NCBI GenBank assembly: GCA_038065915.1 | Contig: JBBTPZ010000002.1 | Location: 18,714-69,625 of the forward strand | Direction of reading: 5' to 3' | Source: Patescibacteria group bacterium | GTDB lineage: Bacteria > Patescibacteriota > Minisyncoccia > Phycocordibacterales > 21-14-all-36-13 | Length of the DNA stretch: 50,912 bases | Shown here: positions 34,202 through 43,548 of the stretch, in pieces | Position numbering within the stretch: the first letter of the stretch is position 1 | Layout: every line of letters starts with the position of its first letter | Notes under the pieces: model-generated | What the model saw: only the letters and a program-made list of their open reading frames with translations | The model's database searches: none | What the model was told of the DNA's origin: nothing | Made by a program: the position numbers and the translations under genes

Positions 34202-34582
34202 CTACTTCTTATCTACTTTTTTTCTGCCAGAACCCATTGTTTTTCTAACATTTCCTCTAACCGTTCTAGAATTTGTTTTCGTCCTCTGACCTCGAGATGG
34301 CAATCTCTTCATGTGTCTTATTCCTCTGTATGCCTTTATATCTTTTAGGCGTTTTATATTTGAAGAAACTTTTCTTTTTAGATCGCCCTCTACTGAATAT
34401 TTCTCAATTAACTCTCTTATTTTATTTTCCTGTTCAGGAATTAAATCTTTTGCCTTGCTGTCCTTATCAACTTTTGCATTTTTTAAAATTTCAATTGCTC
34501 TAGGTCTACCAATACCATATATGACGGTTAATCCTATTTCTAATTTTTTATTATCTGGTATTGTAATTCCTAAAATTCTCAT
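34202..34582 (-). CDS. rpsM: 30S ribosomal protein S13
   Basis: MRILGITIPDNKKLEIGLTVIYGIG. Confidence 0.95.
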   Translation of the reverse strand: MRILGITIPDNKKLEIGLTVIYGIGRPRAIEILKNAKVDKDSKAKDLIPEQENKIRELIEKYSVEGDLKRKVSSNIKRLKDIKAYRGIRHMKRLPSRGQRTKTNSRTVRGNVRKTMGSGRKKVDKK

Positions 34583-34602
34583 AATTAAAATAAAAAAACA
34601 AA

Positions 34603-34716
34603 TTATCCTTGTCTTTGTTTATGTCTTGGATTATCGCAAATTACACACAAACGATTTTTCCTTTTGACTATTTTGCACCTTGGGCATCTTTTTTTTATTG
34701 ATGATTTTACTTTCAT
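34603..34716 (-). CDS. rpmJ: 50S ribosomal protein L36 (37 aa, below the ORF-track cutoff)
   Basis: Hand translation: [37 protein letters not shown]. Confidence 0.92.
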   Translation of the reverse strand: MKVKSSIKKRCPRCKIVKRKNRLCVICDNPRHKQRQG

Positions 34717-34726
34717 TATAAATACA

Positions 34727-34945
34727 TTAACTTCTTTGTATTATTCTTCCTTTACCGCCGTATTTGTCTAATTCAACAGTAACCCTATCTCCTAGAACAA
34801 TCTTAATACGATTTTTTCTCATTTTACCAGACAAATAAGCTAGTTTTTCTTTATTATTTTCAAATTTAACCATAAAAGTCGTATTAGGCATGGCCTCAAC
34901 AACTATACCGTATGCTTTTTCGACTTGTTCTTTTTTTATATTCAT
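34727..34945 (-). CDS. infA: translation initiation factor IF-1
   Basis: [37 protein letters not shown]. Start moved to the Met at ORF-track codon 13. Confidence 0.93.
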   Translation of the reverse strand: MNIKKEQVEKAYGIVVEAMPNTTFMVKFENNKEKLAYLSGKMRKNRIKIVLGDRVTVELDKYGGKGRIIQRS

Positions 34946-35026
34946 CACAATAACAGTGCTGTATATTAGCAAAATAACCACACATAAGTCAACCTTTTCG
35001 TCAACAAAGTTCTTAAAAATTATCGT

Positions 35027-36298
35027 TTATTCCAAAATTCTTTCGATTTTTATATTTTTGGGTTTACTTGGGAAAGCACTTTTCCAGAAAGGTGTTACAA
35101 CAACTTCTGCTTTTTTAATACCAGGATATTTAGATAAAACTGAATTAATATCTTTTTTGTTTTTATCAACAAGGTCTAATTTCAGCTGTTCTTCATTGTA
35201 TAACCAAACGAGTGTTGCGTTCCCTTTTATATTAAGCCCTATTTCTTCTCCTTTGGATATATTTTTGTTTTTATCAATAATAGAGATTTTTAAATCATTT
35301 ATATTTAGTATTTCTATATCTTCATCTTTAAATCCATCAATCTTATTTTTTGCTATGAATTTTGCCAATTCTTTTTTGTTTATAATTGCACCATTTAAAG
35401 TTGCTTTCTCACTAATTAATACAGTGTCCCCATTCACATTTGAATTTGGTAATGATTCAAATGTAATTTTAATTAAATCATCAAAAAGGATAAAATCACT
35501 TGGAATTTGAAGACGTGCTTCATTTAATATTTCTTTTTCAATTTCTGAATGTATTTGTTTTATAGTGGCTTGCTTGTCTTCTTCTGGAACAATTTTTATA
35601 TTACCGATTAGACCACCAGTGATAGGTGTTTTTGATCTTGCATAAAACTTATCAAATCTTGGGTCTCCTTTAAAACCGGGAATAGTAAAGTCACTTAAAC
35701 CTATATTATATTTTTCACCCGGCTCGTTGGCGTAAACTTTAACATCTACACTACCTGGAATATTTTTACCATCCACTTTTTTAATGCCAGGAACAACAAC
35801 CGAATTTTTTATTCTGTATGTAAGGCCCCCTGCCGATTCAAATCTTGTATTTTTTATTAACCTTTGGTCTTTAGAATCAAAATTATTAAAAATTGTTATG
35901 GTCCCAGACGCACTTTCTTCAACATATTCTTCACCAGTTGCTTTGATAGATTTGGACGCATTTTTGTCTATTACCATGACCTCATATTGCATAGCGTCTT
36001 TATTATTAAGATTTTTAACAGCAGAGATTATTTCATCCAAAGATAGTGTTGCTTTTTGTGGATAAACCAAAACTTTTGCACCAGAAAATAAAATTGAAAA
36101 CAAAAAAAATAAAAATACAATTACAATTATTCCAATAAACCAAAGACCAATAGATGAAGCTCTTTTTTCTCTTCTTATTTTTATTGGCGATATTGGCCCG
36201 TTGTCTTGTTTTTCTTTTTTTATGTCATATTCAATTGGAATTTGTCTTATTGAATTTTCATTTAAAGAAACGAGGCCGTCTAAAATTTTTTTTGTCAT
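35027..36298 (-). CDS. membrane-anchored extracytoplasmic protein, unknown family (423 aa)
   Basis: Single TM span LWFIGIIVIVFLFFLFSILF near residue 50, followed by a large beta-rich domain. Confidence 0.7.
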   Translation of the reverse strand: MTKKILDGLVSLNENSIRQIPIEYDIKKEKQDNGPISPIKIRREKRASSIGLWFIGIIVIVFLFFLFSILFSGAKVLVYPQKATLSLDEIISAVKNLNNKDAMQYEVMVIDKNASKSIKATGEEYVEESASGTITIFNNFDSKDQRLIKNTRFESAGGLTYRIKNSVVVPGIKKVDGKNIPGSVDVKVYANEPGEKYNIGLSDFTIPGFKGDPRFDKFYARSKTPITGGLIGNIKIVPEEDKQATIKQIHSEIEKEILNEARLQIPSDFILFDDLIKITFESLPNSNVNGDTVLISEKATLNGAIINKKELAKFIAKNKIDGFKDEDIEILNINDLKISIIDKNKNISKGEEIGLNIKGNATLVWLYNEEQLKLDLVDKNKKDINSVLSKYPGIKKAEVVVTPFWKSAFPSKPKNIKIERILE

Positions 36299-36413
36299 AA
36301 TATTTTTTTATTCTGTAAAATATTTTAATTTATTAAAATAAAATTCTGAAAATTTTTATTCTACCGAGGTAAATTTAATTATCTTGTATAGTATAATCTA
36401 AAATTAACAACTA

Positions 36414-37601
36414 TTAAAGCTTTTTCATTTTTTTCAAAAAAATCGTTTCCAAAGATAAAAACTGGTCTTTTTCTCCTTGGTTGTTATATTTTACATATTC
36501 TTCAAAAATTTCATTATCAATAAATTTTACATTTACAAGTTTTTCAAAGGTATCTATATTATCAAATTTATATAATTTTATAAAATCTCCAACTAATTGA
36601 CTAACATCGTCATCAGACATAAAAAATATTCCTTGTGGTAATGCAATATTTGATAATAATTGTTTTATTGAAATGTCGAACAGTTTATGCCATTCTTTCA
36701 TTAAATTTTCTATAATTTTTGAAATTTTACTATTTGCAATTTTTATTGAATCGTTAGATTTATAAAGTGATGCTCTAGAAATTGCTTCTTCCTTATTTGT
36801 ACCTAAATCTTCAGAAAGTTTTCTAACTATGGAATTTTTACCAAATGGAAAAGATATCGAATCAAACAAAACTCCATTTTTAATAATTGCAATTTCCGTT
36901 ATTTCACCGCTTATATCAAGAAAGAGATAATCATTGATTGTAGGATTTATGTCTCGTAAGGTCACAAACGCCGTGTTTATAAATGTGTGATATTGAATAA
37001 TTTTATTATTAAAAAATCTAAAAAATGATTCTTCTAATATTTTTATTACTTTTTTTGATACGGCACTTATAAAAAAGTTTATCTCCAATGTTTTTGCCAT
37101 CTTTGAATATGGCTCGGAAGTTTCATAACCGTTCAATTTTATTTGCATTATTTTCTTTTCAATTATTTGTATATCTTCAGCAGAAATATTTATGTCTCCT
37201 TTTAATGTAGATGTTTCAAAAATTTTTGATTCTTTTTCAACTATTCTATTTATCAAAGATTTTATAATTTTTGTATCTTTTCCATTTTCATTAGTCAAAA
37301 CTCTTGTTTGAGAAATATGCCAAAGCGAAGAAAAGAAACAATGAGTTTCTTTTATATTTATTATATTTTTAGATATAGAAATAAAATTTTTTTGTAAGTC
37401 AGTCAACGCTTCTTCAAATGCATTTATCATTGAAAATAAAAATCTTCTCGAGTTTAGTCCCCCGTAATATTTTATTTCTTTTCTGTTTGTATAAAGAATT
37501 TCAGGTACAATATTTGGATCAGAACAAACAGACACCACGGCAACTCCAATACTTCCACTTCCAATATCTATAATAAGATTTATTTCCTTTTTGGATTTCA
37601 T
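36414..37601 (-). CDS. actin-fold ATPase, FtsA/PilM-like
   Basis: LIIDIGSGSIGVAVV (phosphate 1), FLDISGEITEIAII (phosphate 2) and a C-terminal amphipathic FLKKMKKL. Confidence 0.7.
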   Translation of the reverse strand: MKSKKEINLIIDIGSGSIGVAVVSVCSDPNIVPEILYTNRKEIKYYGGLNSRRFLFSMINAFEEALTDLQKNFISISKNIINIKETHCFFSSLWHISQTRVLTNENGKDTKIIKSLINRIVEKESKIFETSTLKGDINISAEDIQIIEKKIMQIKLNGYETSEPYSKMAKTLEINFFISAVSKKVIKILEESFFRFFNNKIIQYHTFINTAFVTLRDINPTINDYLFLDISGEITEIAIIKNGVLFDSISFPFGKNSIVRKLSEDLGTNKEEAISRASLYKSNDSIKIANSKISKIIENLMKEWHKLFDISIKQLLSNIALPQGIFFMSDDDVSQLVGDFIKLYKFDNIDTFEKLVNVKFIDNEIFEEYVKYNNQGEKDQFLSLETIFLKKMKKL

Positions 37602-37784
37602 ACTATTTACTATTTAATTATAGCACATAAAAAAATTAAATCTCAAAAATTAAATCTAAAATCTGCCAATTTAAAAAATATTCGGGTTTTAATTGCATAT
37701 TTTTATAAACTGTGTAATAATAATTTGCAGAGAGTTCATTCATTAGAACTCAGATTGATCAAACATTTAAAAAAGGAGAAATTT

Positions 37785-37985
37785 GTGAAAAACAGCCGAA
37801 TCCCAAACAAAAAAAACAACTCTTCTACTTTAATCAAAACAGAGTTGCCTATACAAATTCAAAATTTATCTTCATCTTCATGCTCATCTTCTTTCAATAA
37901 GCTGGAACAGTATAGAGATGAGTCCAGTGTTAGTAGAAATAATTCCCCAACCGTTCTCAGACCACGGTTGGTTCACATTTTTTGA
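37785..37985 (+). CDS. possible 66-aa Ser-rich peptide (GTG start) or non-coding transcript
   Basis: AAGGAG lies 6 nt before the GTG. The ORF runs into a terminator hairpin at 37947-37971. Low complexity. Confidence 0.3.
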   Translation: MKNSRIPNKKNNSSTLIKTELPIQIQNLSSSSCSSSFNKLEQYRDESSVSRNNSPTVLRPRLVHIF

Positions 37986-38032
37986 TCAATCTATTTAAAA
38001 AAAATCCTGTCATTGACAGGATTTTTATTTTT
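37947..38032 (+). terminator. two consecutive intrinsic terminators
   Basis: CCAACCG..CGGTTGG plus a T-run, then AAAAATCCTGTCA-T-TGACAGGATTTTT plus a T-run. Confidence 0.65.
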
Positions 38033-38058
38033 TATAAAATTAGAAAATAAGATAATAA

Positions 38059-38098
38059 AGGTCGCCATATCTCTGCTATCGCAGAGATATGGCGACCT
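38059..38098. repeat. family A hairpin (stem class GTCGCC)
   Basis: AGGTCGCCATATCTCTGCTATCGCAGAGATATGGCGACCT, perfect, just after the alaS stop. Confidence 0.9.
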
Positions 38099-38118
38099 AG
38101 TTTTATTTCATGTTTCTT

Positions 38119-39969
38119 CTATTCAAGAACCGCTTTTATTCTACGAACTCCGGCAGAAACTGCCTCTTCTTTTATAATTTTAAAATGTCCAAGTTCAGAA
38201 GTATTTTTAATATGTGGCCCACCACAAATTTCCTTACTAAAATTATCTTCGTCTTTTCCTATAAAATAAACCTTAACTCTATCTCCATATTTATCTTCAA
38301 AAACACCGGTTGCACCTATTTCTTTTGCTTTATCTAATGTCATCTCTTCAAACCAAACCGAAAGATTTTTTTGTATTTGTTCATTAACAATTTTTTCTAT
38401 TTTTTCTTTTTCTTCATCTGTTAATTTTTGTGGATGAGAAAAATCAAATCTTAATCTTTCAGCAGTAATATTACTTCCCTTTTGTTCAATATGATTTCCC
38501 AAAACAATTCTCATTGCTTGCAACATTAAATGAGCAGTTGTGTGCAATTTTTTTGTTTCCTCACTTGCATCCGCAAGCCCTCCTTTAAACATCCCAACGG
38601 ATGCGGTTCTTGATAAATCTTGATGTTTTCTCATTTCGGTATCAAACCCATCACTGGTTCTTTGCCAATCAAGAATAATACAGCGTTTAAAAACTTTTTC
38701 TAGATTTTTTAATTCTTCAAAGATCATCTCTTTTGGAAATCCGTAGGTCTGAAACAGATCAAAACACCATTTTCCACTTATTGGATGTTCTACAATTTCT
38801 TTAAGGGTTCCGGATATTTCAAATTTTTTTCTTAATTCTTTCAAACCATTTTCAAGCGTCTTTCTAAATTTATTTTCTTCAGCTTCCAGTTCTCTTTTTA
38901 TGAAGTCCTTGTTTTTTTCAATTTCTGGATAAACTTTTTTATATATTTTAATTACTGAATCAGAAAGTTTTGATGTAAAATTTTCATTTATATCAATCAT
39001 TTTTGCATATCTAACTGCTCTACGGATAAGCCGTCTCAAAACATATCCATGGCCAGTATTTGAAGGAATAATTCCTTTTTCATCTCCCAAAATCATCACG
39101 GATGCCTTTATGTGGTCTGCAATAATTCTCATTTCTTTTTTAAAATCATCATATTTTTTATTAGACAATTTTTTTATTTCTTCTATTATTGGCAACCACA
39201 ATTCTGTTTTATAATTATCACTAAATCTATTTATAACAGCCAAAGTTCTTTCGAGCCCCATACCTGTATCAACATTTTTTTGTTTGAGTGGCTCAAAGTT
39301 TCCTTCTTTTGTTTTATTGTATTGCATAAAAACATCATTCCAGATTTCTATCCATCTTTTATCATTAAAATCAAACTCACTTGGTGGCTCCACCACCAAG
39401 TCGGACCAATAAAACATTTCTGTATCTGGACCACATGGACCAGTTTCTCCTACCGGACCCCACCAATTATTTTTTTTATCTAACTCCACAATTCTTTTTT
39501 CGGAAATTCCTAAACTAACCCAATTTTTTTTTGATTCTAAATCCTTTGGTGCATTTTTGTCCCCAACAAAAATACTTATTGCTAATTTTTCAATCGGTAT
39601 TTTTAACTCCTTTATCAAAAATTCCAAACTCATTTCAATTGTTTCTTTTTTGAAATATCCTATCCCGACCCCATTTGGGTCTTTGGGGTCACCCAAAGAC
39701 CAATTTCCAAGCATTTCAAAAAAAGTGTGGTGTGTTTCATTTCCAACTTCTTCTATATCGCCTGTTCTTATACATTTTTGAACACTTGTTAATTTATTAC
39801 CCAGAGGATGTCTTTCTCCCATTAAAAATGGGACGAGCGGATGCATTCCGGCAGTTGTAAACAAAACAGATGGATCATTTTCAGGAATTAAAGATGCAGA
39901 AGAAATAATCGCATGACCGCGTTTTTTAAAAAAGTTTAAATATTTATCTCGTAATTCATCAGCTTTCAT
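38119..39969 (-). CDS. alaS: alanyl-tRNA synthetase lacking the C-Ala domain (616 aa)
   Basis: MKADELRDKYLNFFKKRGH start, editing-domain HTAHLML, and an end at ..AGVRRIKAVLE. The 27-codon ORF-track extension reads through repeats. Confidence 0.95.
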   Translation of the reverse strand: MKADELRDKYLNFFKKRGHAIISSASLIPENDPSVLFTTAGMHPLVPFLMGERHPLGNKLTSVQKCIRTGDIEEVGNETHHTFFEMLGNWSLGDPKDPNGVGIGYFKKETIEMSLEFLIKELKIPIEKLAISIFVGDKNAPKDLESKKNWVSLGISEKRIVELDKKNNWWGPVGETGPCGPDTEMFYWSDLVVEPPSEFDFNDKRWIEIWNDVFMQYNKTKEGNFEPLKQKNVDTGMGLERTLAVINRFSDNYKTELWLPIIEEIKKLSNKKYDDFKKEMRIIADHIKASVMILGDEKGIIPSNTGHGYVLRRLIRRAVRYAKMIDINENFTSKLSDSVIKIYKKVYPEIEKNKDFIKRELEAEENKFRKTLENGLKELRKKFEISGTLKEIVEHPISGKWCFDLFQTYGFPKEMIFEELKNLEKVFKRCIILDWQRTSDGFDTEMRKHQDLSRTASVGMFKGGLADASEETKKLHTTAHLMLQAMRIVLGNHIEQKGSNITAERLRFDFSHPQKLTDEEKEKIEKIVNEQIQKNLSVWFEEMTLDKAKEIGATGVFEDKYGDRVKVYFIGKDEDNFSKEICGGPHIKNTSELGHFKIIKEEAVSAGVRRIKAVLE

Positions 39970-40145
39970 CCTGTAGTGAAATTTCAAATTGTTTTCTTGT
40001 CCCGTAGCGAGCTTCGCTCTGCTACTGGGGTTATTAATTTTTAAAAACAATTCAAAACTCTGTCGTTAAATTAACTATATATTATTCTAGAACCTAATCC
40101 CGAGAAAAACAAATTAATGATTTGAAATTCTACTACGGGATTCAT
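39967..40145. repeat. family E long inverted repeat enclosing a family H element
   Basis: Arms CATCCTGTAGTGAAATTTCAAA (39967-39988) and TTTGAAATTCTACTACGGGATTCAT (40121-40145). The left arm carries the alaS start codon. Confidence 0.85.
39996..40030. repeat. family H element CTTGTCCCGTAGCGAGCTTCGCTCTGCTACTGGGG
   Basis: Near-identical to 24148-24181. Confidence 0.85.
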
Positions 40146-40152
40146 ATTATTT

Positions 40153-41421
40153 TTATATTTTCATATATTTTAACAGATTTTTGTTATCTTTTATTGGTCC
40201 GATTACTGCTAAATTCATTTTGTTGTTTTGAAATATCTTATTAGCTATACTTTTTATATCTTTGGCAGTAATTTTTTTTATTTTATTTGCCTCCATTTCT
40301 GGTGTTCTTAGTTTGAGATGCATTATTTCCTGTTCCCCATACCATTCTGCAATAGAGTCGGACGACTCCAAATCCATATGCATATTACCTATTAAATATT
40401 CTCTCGCTTTTTTAATTTCCTTTTCTGACACAGTTTCTGTTTTTAATCTTTTTAATTCTTTAATGATAGCTGTTAATACTTCACTAATTCTTTTTGTATC
40501 AATGCCAGCAAATATACGAAAGTTTCCGATATCACTTTGAGAACTATTCGCAGAAGCAACATAATAAGCAACACCTAATTCTTCTCTCAACTTTTCAAAT
40601 AAACGAGAGCTCATACCACCACCTAATATTGTTGCCAATAATTTAACAGTTGGTATTTTTTTATTTTTATCATCAAATGTTCTGAAACCAAGAACAAAAT
40701 GTGTTTGTTCGGTATTTTTTTCTTTTATTAAAAGTTGGGGGTTAGTTTGTTTTTCAATTGTTTTTTTCTTTCCTTCTCCTTTTTTTGTGCTTATTTGAGA
40801 AAATTTTTCTTTAATTTCTTTCAAAACATCTTTCAAACTAATATTTCCAGCTACAACAACAACTGTCTTTTTTGCAACATAATGTTTTTTTCTATATTCA
40901 ATAAAATCTTCTTTTTTTATTTTTTTTATATTTTCTTTTGTTCCTAAAATATTCCAACCGGCTGGCTGATTGCCGTACATTAATTTCCCCAATAGTATTT
41001 GCACATTTTTCTGTGGCGAATCTTTATACATATCTATTTCTGCATTTATTACACCTTTTTCTTTTTCTATTTCTTTTTCTGGTAATTCAGAATTTAAATA
41101 AATGTCAGACATCACATTCGTAATTTTACTAAAATTTTTACTCCTTGCCTTTGCATAATAACCAGTGTATTCATACCAAGTGAATGCATTATTCATCGAG
41201 CCGAGCGCATCTAATTCTCTTGAAATATCAAGTGATTTTCTTTTCTTTGTTCCTTTAAATGCCATGTGTTCTAGAAAGTGTGAAATCCCATTTATTTTCT
41301 TTGTTTCATATTTAGAACCGGCTTCAACAAGAATAAGCGTAGTTACGGTGGGACTTTCTTTCATTGGAATAACAATAATTCTCATTCCATTTTTCAAAAC
41401 TTTTTTTATTGGTTTGTTCAT
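40153..41421 (-). CDS. M16 (pitrilysin/insulinase) family zinc peptidase
   Basis: HFLEHMAFKGT (HxxEH) motif; 422 aa. Confidence 0.9.
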   Translation of the reverse strand: MNKPIKKVLKNGMRIIVIPMKESPTVTTLILVEAGSKYETKKINGISHFLEHMAFKGTKKRKSLDISRELDALGSMNNAFTWYEYTGYYAKARSKNFSKITNVMSDIYLNSELPEKEIEKEKGVINAEIDMYKDSPQKNVQILLGKLMYGNQPAGWNILGTKENIKKIKKEDFIEYRKKHYVAKKTVVVVAGNISLKDVLKEIKEKFSQISTKKGEGKKKTIEKQTNPQLLIKEKNTEQTHFVLGFRTFDDKNKKIPTVKLLATILGGGMSSRLFEKLREELGVAYYVASANSSQSDIGNFRIFAGIDTKRISEVLTAIIKELKRLKTETVSEKEIKKAREYLIGNMHMDLESSDSIAEWYGEQEIMHLKLRTPEMEANKIKKITAKDIKSIANKIFQNNKMNLAVIGPIKDNKNLLKYMKI

Positions 41422-41463
41422 AATTTTATTTTAACATATTTTCCATAAACTTTTGTAAAAACA

Positions 41464-41503
41464 AGGTCGCTCTATTTTTGCGATAGCAGAAATAGAGCGA
41501 CCT
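41464..41503. repeat. family A hairpin (stem GGTCGCTCTAT, core inverted: GCGATAGC)
   Basis: AGGTCGCTCTATTTTTGCGATAGCAGAAATAGAGCGACCT, just after the paralog 2 stop. Confidence 0.9.
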
Positions 41504-41511
41504 TAAATAAT

Positions 41512-42060
41512 TTACAACTCAAACTCATCTTTTAAAGAATCTTCATTACTAATTTTATTTGTTTCAAGGAAAATTATATGTTTTGCAATATCGAAGTATT
41601 CTCCAATAAATTTAATCTCCTTTTCGCATTCGTATGGACTAACAAAAACCGATTTTTGTATTGGAGCACAACCCATTTTTATCAATTTTAAGGTTAATCC
41701 ATCACGAGCCGTTTTCTTTTTTTCAGGAATATCAAACATTATTATTCTCCAGATGCCATCCCATCTTTTTTGTTCTTTTATTTTTATTTCGTCTAATTTA
41801 TATTTTAAAACTTCTTTTCTTCCATTTTCAGTTATTTCAACGACATCAATCCCTCCTTTTTTATATTTCTTTACATATTTTTTATTTTGTAATCTATCCA
41901 TTGCTTTTCTTACTCTTTCCTTTTCTCTTTTGTCTTCCGCATCAAACATTTTATAAATCATGGGTAGTTGTGGTAATGCAAGAGAAGAAACAAGAAATGC
42001 TGTTCCAACAAGTCCTTTTAAAATATTTTTCATTATTTCTCCATTTCTATATTTCTTCAT
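41512..42060 (-). CDS. PaaX-family / Cas2-fold-like small protein, paralog 2 (182 aa)
   Basis: Gap-free alignment with 4461..5009. By eye about 40 differences in 182 positions. Confidence 0.8.
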   Translation of the reverse strand: MKKYRNGEIMKNILKGLVGTAFLVSSLALPQLPMIYKMFDAEDKREKERVRKAMDRLQNKKYVKKYKKGGIDVVEITENGRKEVLKYKLDEIKIKEQKRWDGIWRIIMFDIPEKKKTARDGLTLKLIKMGCAPIQKSVFVSPYECEKEIKFIGEYFDIAKHIIFLETNKISNEDSLKDEFEL

Positions 42061-42076
42061 ATATTTTATTAAATGA

Positions 42077-42085
42077 ATTATATCA
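42077..42085 (-). promoter_or_regulatory. extended -10 TGaTATAAT, 16 nt before the paralog 2 ATG
   Basis: ATTATATCA on the + strand. Confidence 0.45.
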
Positions 42086-42098
42086 TTTTAAAATATGA

Positions 42099-42138
42099 GA
42101 GCCCACCCTACTCTGCTATCGTAGAATAGGGTGGGCTC
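42099..42138. repeat. family A hairpin (stem class GAGCCCACCC)
   Basis: GAGCCCACCCTACTCTGCTATCGTAGAATAGGGTGGGCTC. Confidence 0.85.
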
Positions 42139-42215
42139 AAGAATAAAAACAAAATAAAAAACAAAATAAGAATAAAAACAAAACAAGAATAAAACAAAAT
42201 GTTTACACCCTCTTT
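42139..42215. repeat. A-rich low-complexity tract (AAGAATAAAAACAAAA-like units)
   Basis: Read directly from the sequence. Confidence 0.7.
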
Positions 42216-42260
42216 ATCACCATTTATTATTTTTCGTGTTATTATTTTCCATTTATTCTA

Positions 42261-42300
42261 TAGTCGCCACATCTCTGCTATCGCAGAGATGTGGCGACTA
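42261..42300. repeat. family A hairpin (stem class GTCGCC)
   Basis: TAGTCGCCACATCTCTGCTATCGCAGAGATGTGGCGACTA, perfect. Confidence 0.9.
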
Positions 42301-42312
42301 TTATAAAATATA

Positions 42313-42942
42313 TTATATAAAATTTTTCAAAATCAAAAAATCCTCTTTAAGTGTATCTTTGGTTTTATTGTTATAAATTGCGACTGCTGGATGATACAAA
42401 ACAGCTATTTTTACATCTCCATATTTTGCCTTCGCATCAAATACCTTGCCATGCATTTGACCTATTGGTAAAAGTTCTGATTCAAGACCAAACTTTCTCA
42501 TTATATAATCCATTGAATACCTCCCAAGTGTCGCAATAACTTTGGGCTGAATTATATTTATCTGTCTATCTAAAAATGGCCCATAAATTTTAACTTCATC
42601 TGGCAAAGGGTCTCTGTTTTGTTGTGGTCTGTCTTTTAAAATATTTCCGATATAAATATCCTCTCTTTTTATTCCTGCATTTTCAAGAAGTTCATCTAGA
42701 ATTTTCCCGGCGGAACCACAAAATGGTCTGCCCGTTTTTGCTTCATTCAATCCAGGCGCCTCTCCTATAAACATAATTTTTGCATTATGACTTCCCTCTC
42801 CTATAACAGGAAAATAATGGTTTTCTTTTCTATATTCGTACAAAGGAGATGTTGTTAAATTTAAAACCTCATCGCGAATTTGTTTCATTAATTCTTTTTT
42901 ATTTTCATCACCCATATTTTTTATTTTAAACAAACGGGACAA
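42313..42942 (-). CDS. uracil-DNA glycosylase, family 4
   Basis: FIGEAPGLNEAKTGRPFCGSAGKIL. The start may instead be the Met at codon 10 (42915). Confidence 0.9.
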   Translation of the reverse strand: MSRLFKIKNMGDENKKELMKQIRDEVLNLTTSPLYEYRKENHYFPVIGEGSHNAKIMFIGEAPGLNEAKTGRPFCGSAGKILDELLENAGIKREDIYIGNILKDRPQQNRDPLPDEVKIYGPFLDRQINIIQPKVIATLGRYSMDYIMRKFGLESELLPIGQMHGKVFDAKAKYGDVKIAVLYHPAVAIYNNKTKDTLKEDFLILKNFI

Positions 42943-43543
42943 AAGAAAACCCCGGGTATTCTTTTCTTTCTAATTTTCCATTTGATAATTTTTTAACTTT
43001 GAAAACTGAATTCAAAACAGGAGCCACTATTATTCCTCCTGCGTCCAATTGTTCCAAAAGCTCTTTAGGAATATTTTCCTCAAAACTCGCCGAAACAAGA
43101 ATCCTGTTGTATGGAGCATATTTTTTCAATCCAATTTCTTCCCCAACATTTATTATCTGATAATTGTTAAAATTATATTTAGATAAATTCGTTTTCCCAA
43201 AATTAATGAGTTCGGAGACAATGTCCGTTCCAAAAACTCTTCCTCCGGAACCAACCATTTGAGACAGTAAGGCCGTGGTCCATCCTGAACCAGAGCCGAC
43301 ATCCAGAACTTTATCGCCTTTTTGGGGGTTTAAAAGTTCTAACATAAATGCAACTGTCGTCGGTTGTGAAATTGTCTGTCCATATCCTATTGGCAAAGGA
43401 TAATTCTCATACGCTTCCATCTTATACTCCTCCCTCACAAAATCAGCCCTATTAATTTTTTCAAAGGCCTTTTTTATTTCAGAATTTTTTAAAACTCTCG
43501 TACCGTTTTTAAGATAATTTATTAAATCCTTTCGCGAGTTCAT
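42926..43543 (-). CDS. pcm: protein-L-isoaspartate O-methyltransferase
   Basis: GQTISQPTTVAFMLELL and VLDVGSGSGW. Confidence 0.9.
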   Translation of the reverse strand: MNSRKDLINYLKNGTRVLKNSEIKKAFEKINRADFVREEYKMEAYENYPLPIGYGQTISQPTTVAFMLELLNPQKGDKVLDVGSGSGWTTALLSQMVGSGGRVFGTDIVSELINFGKTNLSKYNFNNYQIINVGEEIGLKKYAPYNRILVSASFEENIPKELLEQLDAGGIIVAPVLNSVFKVKKLSNGKLERKEYPGFSFVPFV

Positions 43544-43548
43544 AAAGG

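Noticed and set aside
34890-35510. 206-aa + strand ORF, and similar long antisense ORFs (5026..5421, 13886..14308, 41661..42098, 48462..48911, 4525..4905)
   Set aside because: These are shadow ORFs opposite well-supported minus-strand genes. Their composition is low-complexity (Phe/Ser/Ile/Leu-rich), as expected from AT-rich antisense frames, and they have no signals of their own.
39970-40050. 27-codon N-terminal extension of AlaRS in the ORF track
   Set aside because: It reads through family E and H repeats. The canonical AlaRS N-terminus (MKADELRDKYLNFFKKRGH) starts at 39969.
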